A stretch of DNA of 64,000 nucleotides from Verrucomicrobiia bacterium (lineage in GTDB: Bacteria; Verrucomicrobiota; Verrucomicrobiia; Limisphaerales; UBA1319). The DNA lies in contig OY760937.1 of assembly GCA_963664225.1 (NCBI GenBank), positions 320,001-384,000 on the forward strand, written 5' to 3'. This document shows positions 40,702 through 51,351 of this stretch, piece after piece. The notes under the pieces are model-generated. The model was not told the DNA's origin, did not search any database, and worked only from the letters and a program-made list of their open reading frames with translations. Position 1 is the first letter of the stretch, and each line of letters opens with the position of its first letter. The position numbers and the translations under genes were made by a program.

Positions 40702-42036
40702 ATGAGCCCCAAATTCCAATTCAGCCGAAGGTCATTTTTAAAGCAGATTGGCGTGGCAACTCTGGCCGCTCCATTCTTCACCCATAATCTCATTTCAGCA
40801 CCGCCCAGTTCGCTGCTGCAGCATGCCAGCTTTGGCGCGACGGGCATGGCGGAGCAGGATATCGGGGCGCTCACGAGCCATCCATCGCTGCGATTGATCG
40901 CGGTGGCGGAGGTCGATACCGAGCGGGCGGTGGCGGTGAAGAAAAAGTTTCCGGATGTCAAAGTCTATCAGGATTGGCGGCGGATGCTCGATGAAGAGAA
41001 GGGGATCGATTCGGTGAACGTGTCCACGCCGGACCACATGCATGCCGCGATGGGGATGTCCGCCATGCAACTGGGCCACCATCTTTACGGCCAGAAACCG
41101 CTCACGCATGATCTGTTCGAGACGCGCCGGCTGACGGAATTCGCCCGCGAAAAGAAGCTGGTCACCCAGATGGGCATTCAAATTCACGCGCTGGCCGAAT
41201 ACCGGCAGGCGGTGCGTTTGATCCAGGATCTGGCCATCGGCAAGGTCAAGGAAGTCCATACCTGGAGTAATAAGAAGTGGGGCGATCCTGATCCCATTCC
41301 TCAGCGTGTGGACCCGGTGCCGGCCAATTTCAATTGGGACCTCTGGCTGGGGGTTTGCGCGTCGCGTCCTTTCATTGGGGACGGCTATTATCATCCCTCC
41401 AACTGGCGCAAACGTCTGGATTTCGGCACGGGCACCTTTGGCGACATGGGCTGCCATATTTACGATCCCGTGTTTGAAGCGCTGGGAGTAACCGCTCCGA
41501 TATCGGTGCGTTCGGAGGGCCCACCGCCCTCGCCAACGAATTGGGGCATCAACTCGGTGATCCTCTATGTTTTCCCCGGCACCAGCGTTTCCGCTGAGAA
41601 GACCATTCGTGTGACCTGGTATGACGGGGATTCCCTGCCGCCACGGGAAGTGCAGGCCTTGATCGGCGCGGAGAAGCTTCCTGAGCAGGGGTCGATTTTC
41701 GTTGGGACCAAAGGCGCGATGCTCCTGCCGCATATCGGAGCGCCCCGGTTGTTTCCAGAGGCCGATTTCGACAGCTATACAATGCCCAAGATTGGCAGCA
41801 ATAATCATTGGGGACAATTTGTGGATGCGTGTCTGGGCAAGGGGAAAACGCTCGCTGGATTTGATTATTCCGGCCCGCTTACGGAGGCGGTGCTGCTCGG
41901 AAGTGTCGCGTGCCGGTTTCCGCAAACCACGTTGGAATGGAACGCCGCGGAGCTGAAGTTCTCGAATGTGCCCGAAGCGAACAAATTCGTCCGGCGCCAA
42001 TACCGCAAGGGTTGGGAAGTCAAAGGCCTGGAATAA
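40702..42036 (+). CDS. Tat-exported Gfo/Idh/MocA oxidoreductase
   Basis: SRRSFLK, STPDHMH, QKPL, GDMGCH. Confidence 0.92.
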   Translation: MSPKFQFSRRSFLKQIGVATLAAPFFTHNLISAPPSSLLQHASFGATGMAEQDIGALTSHPSLRLIAVAEVDTERAVAVKKKFPDVKVYQDWRRMLDEEKGIDSVNVSTPDHMHAAMGMSAMQLGHHLYGQKPLTHDLFETRRLTEFAREKKLVTQMGIQIHALAEYRQAVRLIQDLAIGKVKEVHTWSNKKWGDPDPIPQRVDPVPANFNWDLWLGVCASRPFIGDGYYHPSNWRKRLDFGTGTFGDMGCHIYDPVFEALGVTAPISVRSEGPPPSPTNWGINSVILYVFPGTSVSAEKTIRVTWYDGDSLPPREVQALIGAEKLPEQGSIFVGTKGAMLLPHIGAPRLFPEADFDSYTMPKIGSNNHWGQFVDACLGKGKTLAGFDYSGPLTEAVLLGSVACRFPQTTLEWNAAELKFSNVPEANKFVRRQYRKGWEVKGLE

Positions 42037-42101
42037 ATCGCTCCAATAGTCGGCCGAAAGCGATTTCCTTCCTGCGACGTCCGGAGTAGGTTGCGCCGGT
42101 C

Positions 42102-43511
42102 ATGTCGCGACCAATGAAATCGCAGTGGGAATTTGGTGAGCTGTTTCCGGCGGAATCCACGCGCAAGGTGTGGACCGTCGGAGAGATCACCACGTCCATC
42201 AAACGCGTGCTGGAAACCCAGATCGGCCTGGTCTGGGTGACCGGTGAGGTGAGTAATTTTCGCGCGCAAAGCTCCGGTCACGCCTATTTTTCGCTCAAGG
42301 ACAATAACGGACAGTTGAGCTGCGTACTTTTTCGGGGGACGGCCTCCGCCGAAAAGGACCTGTTAAAGGATGGTCAAAAGGTCGTGGTACAAGGCGACCT
42401 GACCGTTTATGAGCCGCGCGGCCAGTATCAACTGGTGGTGCGGCGTGTGGAATTACAGGGTGTGGGCGCGCTGCAACTGGCCTTCGAACGCCTCAAGCAA
42501 AAGCTCGCCGCGGAGGGTTTGTTCGATCCGGCGCGCAAACGGCCCATCCCGAAGTTTCCGCGCTGTCTGGGTCTGGTGACTTCACCGACCGGGGCGGCGA
42601 TCCGGGATGTCCTGCATGTCGTGGCCCGACGAAATCCATCGTTGTCGATTGTGCTGGCGCCCAGCCGCGTGCAGGGAATCGGCGCGGCGGAGGACATTGC
42701 CGCAGCGGTGGGCTTGCTGAATGAATGGGCGGTGACGGCTCCCGAGAGCCAGAGGCCGGAATTGATTCTGGTGACGCGGGGTGGGGGAAGCCTCGAGGAT
42801 CTGTGGTCTTTCAACGAGGAAGTGGTGGCTCGAGCCATTGCGGGATCGCAGCTTCCGGTGGTTACTGCGGTGGGGCACGAGATCGATTTTACCATCAGCG
42901 ATTTTGTGGCGGACTTGAGGGCGGCCACGCCCAGCGCGGCGGCGGAAATCATCACGGAAGGAATGTTCGCCAGTAGTGCTGTCGTGGTGCAGGCGCGTGA
43001 ACGCATTGCCTGGCTGGCGCGCAGACGCTGGAAGGAAGAGGCGGAGGGTTTGGAACAGTGGTGCCGACGTCTGGGACGGGCGCATCCCCGGCGGCGGCTG
43101 AATGAAAACTGGCAGCGGATGGATGATTTGGAGGCGGGGCTGAGCAGGGCATGGACGCGTCGCGTGAAAGAGTTCAGCGGGCGGCTGGGGGAATTGCGGG
43201 CGCGGCTGCAACGGGCGCGCCCATCGGCGGCGCTGGCCCGGAGCCGGTCGGCATTGGCGCAGGCGGTTCAACGGCTGGAGGAACATTTGCGCGTGCAATG
43301 GGAGGCCCGGCGGGGCGCGCTGGCACAGGCGCACGCACGTTTGCGTTTGCTATCACCGGAGAATGTTCTTGAGCGCGGCTACTCGATCACCATGGATGAT
43401 GCCACTGGGAGAGTGATCCGCGACTCTGGCGAAGTGATCGCGGGTCAACGGATCAAAACGCGGCTCAAGAAAGGCACCGTCCGCAGTGTGGTGGAGAATG
43501 CGGGTGAGTGA
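42102..43511 (+). CDS. xseA: Exodeoxyribonuclease VII large subunit
   Basis: GEVSN, SGHAYFSLKD, RGGGSLEDLW, GHEID, TPSAAAE, LERGYS. Confidence 0.97.
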   Translation: MSRPMKSQWEFGELFPAESTRKVWTVGEITTSIKRVLETQIGLVWVTGEVSNFRAQSSGHAYFSLKDNNGQLSCVLFRGTASAEKDLLKDGQKVVVQGDLTVYEPRGQYQLVVRRVELQGVGALQLAFERLKQKLAAEGLFDPARKRPIPKFPRCLGLVTSPTGAAIRDVLHVVARRNPSLSIVLAPSRVQGIGAAEDIAAAVGLLNEWAVTAPESQRPELILVTRGGGSLEDLWSFNEEVVARAIAGSQLPVVTAVGHEIDFTISDFVADLRAATPSAAAEIITEGMFASSAVVVQARERIAWLARRRWKEEAEGLEQWCRRLGRAHPRRRLNENWQRMDDLEAGLSRAWTRRVKEFSGRLGELRARLQRARPSAALARSRSALAQAVQRLEEHLRVQWEARRGALAQAHARLRLLSPENVLERGYSITMDDATGRVIRDSGEVIAGQRIKTRLKKGTVRSVVENAGE

Positions 43512-43560
43512 GGCGATGTTTTTGATTTAAACGCAGGCCGCTGCCCTTTACAGTTGCGGC

Positions 43561-45609
43561 ATGAAATTAAATTACAACTCGCCGTCAGCCCTCTGCGCAG
43601 GGATTAGAGGCGTATTACTTGCGTTGCTTTTATTCGGAGTATTCCATTTTTCCAGTGGCGCGCGTGCGGCGGAACCGGGGTATCGAGATTTGTTCCCAGA
43701 TACGTGGGTGGCCACCGATGCCCTTGGCCGAAACATGCCGACCTTCCCCATCGTGGGTCCGGTGAAAAAAGACCAGCAGCGCGTGGTGGGGATTTTCTAT
43801 ATCACCTGGCACAGCGGTCCACTGTCCACGCTCAAGAGCCCATATACTGCGGATGTGAGCAAGGTTCTTGCCCGTGATCCCAAGGCACGCCTGGACGCCA
43901 AACACCCGGGTTGGACAGAGGGTTCCTACCATTGGGGTGAACCGGAGATGGGCTATTTCCTGAGCCGGGACGAGTATGTCATTCGCAAGGACATGTCCAT
44001 GCTCGCCGATGCGGGGGTGGATGTCCTGGTCATGGATGTCACCAACGCGGTGCGCTACTGGGACGAGTGGGAAACGCTCTTTACAGTGATGGAGAAGATG
44101 AAAGCCGAAGGCAACAAGGTACCGCAATTTTGTTTTTGGGCGTTCAACGGCCCCGTCGTCACGGTGGTGCAGGACCTGTATGACCGTTATTTCAAGGTGG
44201 GGAAATTCAAGGACCTGTGGTTCATCTGGGATGGCAAACCGCTTTTGCTCTATAATGGCAATCCCGCATTCGATGCCAACGGTCAGGGCGTCCAGAATCC
44301 CAATCCCCATTTCGATGCCGCCGCGAAGACCGACAAGAACCATCCGCATTATGGCGACCCCGACTTTACCGAGCCGTTTTACAAGGATTACAGCAAGGAA
44401 ATCAAAAACTTCTTCACGTTGCGCACCATGTGGTGGGGTTATCATGATTGGGCCGGGAAGCGCTTCGTCGGCACCGAGGACAACTGGAGCTTCGGGTTGG
44501 ACCTGGGCGATAACAAGGTCAAGGCGATGAATCCCGACGACCTGGTTTCACGACACAACGGCAAAAAAGAGGAGGCGGCCGTCACGCCCGCGCAGCACCC
44601 CTCCAGCCTCGTGGGCAAGTCCTGGTCCCGTGAATCCGGTGAGCCAACCCTGAATGAATTCGATCTGCCCAATCCGACGCTGGTGCCGTGGCTGGGCAAA
44701 ACGGTGGAGCACCCGGAAGGTTACGGAATTTACTTTCAGCAGCGATGGGATGAAGCCCTCAAGAGCGATCCACCGTTCCTATACATCAACGATTGGAATG
44801 AATGGACCGCAGGCAAATATCCACCCACGGGCGCGCCCACCACAAAGTTCATGCGCCGGGACAGCACTTACTTTTTCGTGGACCAATATAATCCCGAGTT
44901 CAATCGCTGCATCCAGCCGATGAAGGGCGGTTATACGGATAATTATTACATGCAGATGGCCCAGAATATCCGACGCTACAAAGGCATCCGCCCCATTCCC
45001 GAATTGATCGGAACAAGCCAGATCAAAGTGGACGGAAACTTTGCAGACTGGGCGGGCGCCACCGTGGAATATCGTGACACCGTGGGGGACACCTTCCATC
45101 GCGACTATAAGGGCTATGGTGGACTGCATTACACGAATGACACGGGACGCAACGACATCATCACCAGCAAGGTGGCTGTCGATCGTTCCACCGTTAATTT
45201 CTACGTGGAAACTCAGGAGACGATGACACCGCATACCGGTTCAAACTGGATGCTTCTGTTCATCGACGCCGACAACAATCCCAATACCGGTTGGTATGGC
45301 TATGATTACGTGATCAATAAACGGGTGATCGATGACAAGGCCACAGCGATTTCGCGATACGATTCCAAGGCGAATGGTGGTTCCTGGATCGAAGTGGCGC
45401 AGCTCAATTACCGTTACTCGGGCAAACAATTGGAACTGGCCGTGCCGCGCAAACTTTTGGGAATGAAAGGGGACGCTTTTACGTTCGATTTTCATTGGTG
45501 CGACAATCCAACGGATTTGAAGGATCCGATTTCCCTGTGCACCAGCGGGGACAGCGCGCCAAACCGTCGGTTTAATTACCGCTGCATCTGGAAGCTGAAA
45601 GGGACTTGA
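43561..45609 (+). CDS. Secreted putative glycoside hydrolase (GH99/GH71-like, unassigned)
   Basis: Signal peptide; VGIFYITWH, HWGEP, DGKPLL, DWNEW. Confidence 0.6.
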   Translation: MKLNYNSPSALCAGIRGVLLALLLFGVFHFSSGARAAEPGYRDLFPDTWVATDALGRNMPTFPIVGPVKKDQQRVVGIFYITWHSGPLSTLKSPYTADVSKVLARDPKARLDAKHPGWTEGSYHWGEPEMGYFLSRDEYVIRKDMSMLADAGVDVLVMDVTNAVRYWDEWETLFTVMEKMKAEGNKVPQFCFWAFNGPVVTVVQDLYDRYFKVGKFKDLWFIWDGKPLLLYNGNPAFDANGQGVQNPNPHFDAAAKTDKNHPHYGDPDFTEPFYKDYSKEIKNFFTLRTMWWGYHDWAGKRFVGTEDNWSFGLDLGDNKVKAMNPDDLVSRHNGKKEEAAVTPAQHPSSLVGKSWSRESGEPTLNEFDLPNPTLVPWLGKTVEHPEGYGIYFQQRWDEALKSDPPFLYINDWNEWTAGKYPPTGAPTTKFMRRDSTYFFVDQYNPEFNRCIQPMKGGYTDNYYMQMAQNIRRYKGIRPIPELIGTSQIKVDGNFADWAGATVEYRDTVGDTFHRDYKGYGGLHYTNDTGRNDIITSKVAVDRSTVNFYVETQETMTPHTGSNWMLLFIDADNNPNTGWYGYDYVINKRVIDDKATAISRYDSKANGGSWIEVAQLNYRYSGKQLELAVPRKLLGMKGDAFTFDFHWCDNPTDLKDPISLCTSGDSAPNRRFNYRCIWKLKGT

Positions 45610-46059
45610 ATTGTTGTCTGGCGAAGGGGCAAAACCCTTTGAATACCGGAGGAACCAAAACCGCCTTCGGATTTGTTGCAGGTAGAGCAAACGCATGATG
45701 ACTGGCGAGTGAATCGCTCCAAGGGTGCTTTTTTGGCGATAGTCACAGAGCTTCTTTTGACTACAACGATAAAGTAACCTAACAGGATGCGCGTGCTCCT
45801 TTGCGGTCATGTGTGACACAAATCCACCTGGTTTTTCAATGTGCTGTTTAACTTGTATCTTATTCGGGCTTAAATTTTTTTGAAAAATTCTTTTGCGTAA
45901 GTTGAAATAAAAGAGGAAGATGGTGTGCGACTGGTCGAGATTTCGATTTCAAGAACTGGAAGATCTTCAGGTGAACTTGTGTTCAGTGATGATTTGAAAC
46001 CCGTGATTGGGGACAGTCCGTGAAGCATCGGTCAGTCTGAGTAAATACAAGTAATCAGC

Positions 46060-46455
46060 ATGAACACGAAATTATTTGTGGGAAATCTCTCCTACAATGT
46101 CACTGAAAATGATCTTCAGGATCTCTTCGCCCAGCACGGCCCGGTCAGCGAAGTCAATCTGATGATGGATCGCATGAGCGGACGCCCCCGTGGGTTTGCG
46201 TTCGTCACGATGGGGACGGAAGAAGCGGCCCAGGCAGCGATCGAAGCGCTGAATGGCAAGCCGTTGGATGGTCGCAACCTGACCGTGAACGAAGCCCGTC
46301 CTCGTGAAGAGGGTGCCGGTCGTTCATTCGGTGGTGGCGGCGGTGGTGGTGGACGCGGCGGTGATCGCGGTGGTGACCGCGGCGGTCGTGGTGGTGACCG
46401 CGGCGGAAGCGGTGGTGGTAGCGGCGGGCCTCGTCGTTCCCAAAGTCGCTACTAA
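46060..46455 (+). CDS. RRM RNA-binding protein with Gly/Arg-rich tail
   Basis: RNP2 LFVGNL, RNP1 [16 protein letters not shown]. Confidence 0.96.
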   Translation: MNTKLFVGNLSYNVTENDLQDLFAQHGPVSEVNLMMDRMSGRPRGFAFVTMGTEEAAQAAIEALNGKPLDGRNLTVNEARPREEGAGRSFGGGGGGGGRGGDRGGDRGGRGGDRGGSGGGSGGPRRSQSRY

Positions 46456-46482
46456 GTAAAACTTTTTAGCTTTGCAAGCAGG

Positions 46483-46512
46483 AGAGCCTCGATTTTCGGG
46501 GCTCTTTTTTTT
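46483..46512 (+). terminator. Rho-independent terminator
   Basis: AGAGCCTCGA-TTT-TCGGGGCTCT followed by a T tract. Confidence 0.85.
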
Positions 46513-46571
46513 GCCCGGACATCAAGCCTGGCCGGGCTTTACAGCCGGAATTCCTCGTTCATAATGACTGC

Positions 46572-47981
46572 ATGCCAAGTCCAGTCATCGATATAGCCCG
46601 GATGCGCGCGTGGGAGATACTTTCGTGGGAGCAAGTCATGAAAGAGGAGGAAGTCATTGCCCGCGCCGGGGGATGCGTGGCTGCGTGCGCGGAACGCCTG
46701 ACGCCGTCTGGCGGACGGATCGTGATCCTGGCCGGTCGCGGGCATAACGGGGATGATGCGCGGCAGGCGGGGCTTCAGATAACCAATCGGGATATCAGCG
46801 TCGTGGCGGCCAACTCACCGGAAGAGGTACTTGAGGAATTGGTCCGCCTCCTGGCGAAGCGTCCGGCGCTGTTGATCGACGGCTTGTTTGGCATCGGCCT
46901 CAATCGGGAGTTAAGCCCGGCCTGGGTGCGCCTTATAGAACATATCAATGCGAGTGGCGTTCCCATTCTGGCGGTGGACACGCCGTCGGGTTTGAACGCG
47001 GACACCGGCCTGCCAATGGGTGCATCAGTGCAGGCCACGGTGACGATTACTTTTGGCGCGCCCAAAATCGGTTTGCTTGCAACCTCTGCGGAACCTTTTG
47101 TCGGACGTTTGGAAGTGGCCCCTGAAATTGGCCTTGTGCCTTGTCCGTTCCAAACGGAGTTGAATTGGACGCTGCCCTCGGATTTTGACGGCTATCCACC
47201 GGCGCGTTCAGCCTCAGGACACAAGGGGACTTATGGGCACGCGGGCATCATCGCAGGGAGCCTGGGGTATCACGGGGCAGGGGTGCTGGCGGCGCGTGGC
47301 GCGTTGCGGGCGCGTCCGGGGCTGGTGTCTCTGGCGACCATGCCCGCAGTCTATGTGCCTGTGGCGGGTCAGCTTCAGGCAGCCATGGTTGCCCCGTGGA
47401 GAGCCGGGATGGTGTGGCCTGAGTCCGTGACCGCAATTCTGGCCGGTCCGGGACTGGCCGCGCCGGGATTGCCTGAAAACTTGAAAGCCCAAATCCGCGA
47501 GGCCTGGTGCAAGGAATCTCGGGCCATGATTGTCGATGCCACCGCTCTGGATTGGCTTCCCAAATGCAAGGCGGGCGCCATGGAAAACAATTCCCCGCGC
47601 GTGATTACACCGCATCCGGGTGAAGCGGCGCGGATGCTCGGGATCTCCACGGGCGAAGTGCAGAAGGACCGTCCGGGCGCGGTGCGCACTCTTTCGCGAC
47701 TGTATGGCGATTGTTGGGTCGTGCTGAAAGGACACCAGACCCTCATCGGGCGCAGCGAAGGGCCGTTGTTCATCAATTCCACGGGCAATCCCGGAATGGC
47801 CCAGGGCGGCAGTGGGGATATCCTGGCAGGATTTTTGGCGGGATTACTAGCGCAACCGGGGTTGAATAAGAAACCAGAAATGGCCATTCGGCATGCGGTC
47901 TGGCGGCACGGACAGCGCGCGGATGCGCTTGAAGAAACCGGGCGGAATTGGACGATCGAAGAACTTGTGAGCGGTCTTTAA
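46572..47981 (+). CDS. nnr: Bifunctional NAD(P)H-hydrate epimerase/dehydratase
   Basis: GRGHNGDD, IDGLFGIG, VDTPSG, HKGTYG, TPHPGE, GGSGDILAG. Confidence 0.92.
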   Translation: MPSPVIDIARMRAWEILSWEQVMKEEEVIARAGGCVAACAERLTPSGGRIVILAGRGHNGDDARQAGLQITNRDISVVAANSPEEVLEELVRLLAKRPALLIDGLFGIGLNRELSPAWVRLIEHINASGVPILAVDTPSGLNADTGLPMGASVQATVTITFGAPKIGLLATSAEPFVGRLEVAPEIGLVPCPFQTELNWTLPSDFDGYPPARSASGHKGTYGHAGIIAGSLGYHGAGVLAARGALRARPGLVSLATMPAVYVPVAGQLQAAMVAPWRAGMVWPESVTAILAGPGLAAPGLPENLKAQIREAWCKESRAMIVDATALDWLPKCKAGAMENNSPRVITPHPGEAARMLGISTGEVQKDRPGAVRTLSRLYGDCWVVLKGHQTLIGRSEGPLFINSTGNPGMAQGGSGDILAGFLAGLLAQPGLNKKPEMAIRHAVWRHGQRADALEETGRNWTIEELVSGL

Positions 47982-48077
47982 TGGTCACTGGCAACCGTGA
48001 CGGCCAATCAGGTCGGTTTTTTTGGCCGGACACAATTTCTTGAAGAACGGTCGGTTATGGACCAGACTGTCCGTTGC

Positions 48078-49646
48078 ATGAGCAAGAGATTTTATCTGAC
48101 CACGGCCATTGATTATGTGAATGGCCAACCGCATTTGGGGCACGCCTATGAGAAGATCATCACGGATGTGATGGCGCGGGCCCAGCGAAGTGCGGGCGCC
48201 GAGGTGTTCTTTCTGACGGGCGCGGACGAGCACGGCCAAAAGGTGCAGCAGGCGGCGCACGCGGAAGGCAGGGCGGCGCAGGAGTATTGCGACGGGTTGG
48301 CGGCAACGTGGCAGGCCTTTGTCGCCCGGCTCGATGTGACCAACGACGATTACGTGCGCACCACCCAGCCGCGACACAAGGAAGTGGTTCAGGCAATTCT
48401 TTCCAAGCTTTACGCGGAGGGCCAGTTCTACAAGGCACCTTACCGGGGCTTTTATTCCACCAAGGAAGAGACCTTCCTGACGGAAAAGGACCGCCGCCCG
48501 GACGGCAACTTCGATCCTTCCTACGGCGAGGTGGTGGAGCTGGTGGAGGAGAATTATTATTTCAAGCTCAAGGACCATCAGCAGTGGTTGATCGATTATA
48601 TCGAGAGCCATCCGGACTTCATTTTTCCCGAGAACCGCAAAAACGAAGTGCTCGGTTTTCTGAAGAACAACACGCTGGAGGATTTGTGCATCAGCCGTCC
48701 GTCCTCGCGGTTGAGCTGGGGTATCCCGCTGCCGTTCGATCCGACCTACGTGACGTATGTCTGGTTCGACGCGTTAAGCAATTACGTCACGCTTCCGGCG
48801 GCATTGGGCGATCCGCTCCTTTGCAAGGCGCTCGGATGCGGGGCCGGAAAACCGGTGGGGCCGGAGCTCTGGCCTGCCGACAAACAGGTCATCGGCAAGG
48901 ACATTGTGAAGTTTCACGCCGTTTATTGGCCGATCATGCTCAAGGCCATGGGCGTGCCCCTGCCCAAACAGCTCGTGGTTCACGGCTGGTGGCAGAAGGA
49001 CGGCCAGAAGATGAGCAAGAGCACCGGCAACGTGGTCGATCCGCTCGCCGTGGTCAATGAGTGGGGCGTGGACGCTTTTCGTTATTACGTCGTGCGCGAA
49101 CTGGCCATTGGACCGGACGGCAACTGGACCGATGCGGGATTCTCCGCGCGCTATCATGCCGAGTTGGCCAATGGGCTTGGCAACCTGTTGAATCGTTCGC
49201 TCTCCATGCTCAACCGCTACCGCAAGGGCGTGGTGCCGCAGCCTTCCTCAGAGCTGGCGAAGGACGCCGAAAAAGCGGCTGCGGAATCGTGGGCCGCGAT
49301 CGAGAAAAACGAATTGCAGGACGCGCTGGTGAGCATTTGGGGGCTCGTCAACCGGGCCAACCAATATGTAGATCAGACCGCGCCATTCAAGATGGCCAAG
49401 GACCCGGCCCAGAGCGCGCGCCTGGACGAGGTGCTTTACAATCTGGCGGAATCCTGCCGCATTCTGGCTGTATTGCTGTGGCCGTTCATTCCCGGCACCT
49501 CGGCCAGGATTTACGCCCAGCTGAATCTCAAGACCACGCCGGATAAGCGCTCAGAGGCCCAATGGGGCGGACTGGTCGCTGGCCATGTCATCGGCGCGCC
49601 GGAGGCCTTGTTTCCGCGCAGAGACCAGCCCGCCGCAGGGAAATAA
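48078..49646 (+). CDS. metG: Methionine--tRNA ligase
   Basis: YVNGQPHLGHAY, DEHGQK, YVWFDAL, GKDIVKFH, KMSKS. Confidence 0.97.
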   Translation: MSKRFYLTTAIDYVNGQPHLGHAYEKIITDVMARAQRSAGAEVFFLTGADEHGQKVQQAAHAEGRAAQEYCDGLAATWQAFVARLDVTNDDYVRTTQPRHKEVVQAILSKLYAEGQFYKAPYRGFYSTKEETFLTEKDRRPDGNFDPSYGEVVELVEENYYFKLKDHQQWLIDYIESHPDFIFPENRKNEVLGFLKNNTLEDLCISRPSSRLSWGIPLPFDPTYVTYVWFDALSNYVTLPAALGDPLLCKALGCGAGKPVGPELWPADKQVIGKDIVKFHAVYWPIMLKAMGVPLPKQLVVHGWWQKDGQKMSKSTGNVVDPLAVVNEWGVDAFRYYVVRELAIGPDGNWTDAGFSARYHAELANGLGNLLNRSLSMLNRYRKGVVPQPSSELAKDAEKAAAESWAAIEKNELQDALVSIWGLVNRANQYVDQTAPFKMAKDPAQSARLDEVLYNLAESCRILAVLLWPFIPGTSARIYAQLNLKTTPDKRSEAQWGGLVAGHVIGAPEALFPRRDQPAAGK

Positions 49647-51279
49647 ACAGGCCCCCGGGACCGGTTTGAATGGAAAAAGCGAATGGATTGCAAAATCGGC
49701 TTGCGAAATGCCGTGGGCATGGTTGAATGTGGTCCTTGGTTGCGCTTATGGTGGAATTGGCAGACACGCTACTTTGAGGTGGTAGTGGGGTAACCCGTGC
49801 AGGTTCAAGTCCTGCTAAGCGCACCACTCCACCACTCAACGATTTTTCGACGAGTGTTGACCACGGTTTGACGCAATAACCACGGGCTTTTTTGCAGTCG
49901 AGGACCAGGTTCGAGCCGAAGACTTTCAAGGCGAGATCCCTCTTCTCTTGAAGAGAACCCGAAACAGCGATTTGACCCGCGTTTTTAGCGGTTATTATCC
50001 AATTTTGGAACGGTTCGAGCCAATCGACGCGTCCTGCCGCCTGAGCGACCTTTTGCTCTTCCAAAGTCTTCTTTTGGCTCATCAATTTGGCCTTTTCTGC
50101 TGTGAATGTCTCCCGGTCGATGAGTTCATCCAAAAAAGTGTCGAGCAGCTTCTGGAGGCGAAGATTGAGCTTTTGGATTTCGGCTCTTTTTTGCTCCGCC
50201 AATTGCGCCGCCGATTGGGTGGACTCGCTTTTCTCCTTCTTGACCAGTTCAAGCATCGTATCCGCCCAGTCGGCAGGCATGGCAAATGGCGTCAGGAGCG
50301 CCGAAATCTCGGCGTTAAGGGCTTCTTCGCGAATGTAAGGCTGTTCGCACCATGAATTTAGGCGGCCTTTCTTGGTGCAGCGATAATAGGTGTGGCCTTT
50401 CTGAATTTCAGCGGTGATGGTGCCTCCACAGGTGGCGCAGTGCAGAAGGCCCATAAACGGCTTTGAGACGGTTTTCTTCTCCAGGGGTGAGAATCGCCAC
50501 CTGCGTTTGAAAATCGCATCGACCTTGTCAAAGAGGGCTTTGGATATGATCGGCTGGTGTGTGCCTTCATAAACATCGCCCTTGTAGCGGAAATGACCGT
50601 AATAGAAGGAATTCGAGAGCAATGACGATACGTATGTGCGGATGAGGGTGTGTCCGGTACGAGAAAAAACGCCACGCTCCGCGAAAAACGTTCGAATCGT
50701 GTCGATTGTGGCGTTTCCTGTGGCGTAAAGCTCAAATGCCTCTTTGATAATCGGGGCTCGCTCCTTGTCGATGATGATTTTCTTGGTGCGATAATCGTTC
50801 AGATAGCCGATGGGGGCACGACCAGGAAACTCACCGCGCCTGAGTTTTTCGCGAAGTCCGCGCTTGGTGTTCTCCGCAAGCGAGTCCACGTAGTATTTGC
50901 TCTGGCCGAACATGATGTTGAGCATGAATTTGCCCTGCGGGTCAGATTCAAAACGGAAGGTTGGAAATCGGAGAGTTTTAATTTTGCCGGTGTCGAGGAG
51001 ATATATTATTTGCCCGCCATCGATGCTGTTGCGGGCCAGACGGTCGGGATGCCAGGAGAGAATTCCATCGGCTTCACCTGCCTCGATACGGGAGATCATA
51101 TCATTGAAAATCACCCTTCCTGGTGATTTTGCCGACTGCTTCTCGATCATCTCGGCAACAACTCTTATGTGCTCGCGTTGCGCGAATTCGCGCAATTCAG
51201 CGAGTTGGGCTTCGATGGAGAGAACCTGCTTGTCCTCGGCATCGGTGGATTTTCTCGCATAGAGGAAAAGGTTATTCAT
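49588..51279 (-). CDS. Large serine recombinase; the last 77 aa are read-through of antisense tRNA and flank
   Basis: YARKST catalytic Ser, DRLARN, APIGY, GTHQPII, zinc ribbon CATCG...YYRC, coiled coil. Confidence 0.95.
   Translation of the reverse strand: MNNLFLYARKSTDAEDKQVLSIEAQLAELREFAQREHIRVVAEMIEKQSAKSPGRVIFNDMISRIEAGEADGILSWHPDRLARNSIDGGQIIYLLDTGKIKTLRFPTFRFESDPQGKFMLNIMFGQSKYYVDSLAENTKRGLREKLRRGEFPGRAPIGYLNDYRTKKIIIDKERAPIIKEAFELYATGNATIDTIRTFFAERGVFSRTGHTLIRTYVSSLLSNSFYYGHFRYKGDVYEGTHQPIISKALFDKVDAIFKRRWRFSPLEKKTVSKPFMGLLHCATCGGTITAEIQKGHTYYRCTKKGRLNSWCEQPYIREEALNAEISALLTPFAMPADWADTMLELVKKEKSESTQSAAQLAEQKRAEIQKLNLRLQKLLDTFLDELIDRETFTAEKAKLMSQKKTLEEQKVAQAAGRVDWLEPFQNWIITAKNAGQIAVSGSLQEKRDLALKVFGSNLVLDCKKARGYCVKPWSTLVEKSLSGGVVRLAGLEPARVTPLPPQSSVSANSTISATKDHIQPCPRHFASRFCNPFAFSIQTGPGGLFISLRRAGLCAETRPPARR
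49742..49826 (+). tRNA. tRNA-Leu(GAG)
   Basis: Acceptor GCGCTTA/TAAGCGC, anticodon loop TTGAGGT, long variable arm, GCAGG-TTCAAGT-CCTGC, encoded CCA. Confidence 0.97.
49821..49905 (-). repeat. 85-bp perfect inverted repeat, copy 1 (recombinase 3' end, overlapping the tRNA CCA)
   Basis: Base-by-base reverse complement of 51618-51702. Confidence 0.97.
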
Positions 51280-51351
51280 GGCATCTGAATATTAGCGCAA
51301 TATGCTTGCTCGTGCAAGCATATCAATAATTGAAACGACTCGACGACTGTA

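Noticed and set aside
46330..46430. GGCGGT/GGTGACCGC repeats
   Set aside because: They encode the ordinary Gly-Arg-Asp tail of the RRM protein.
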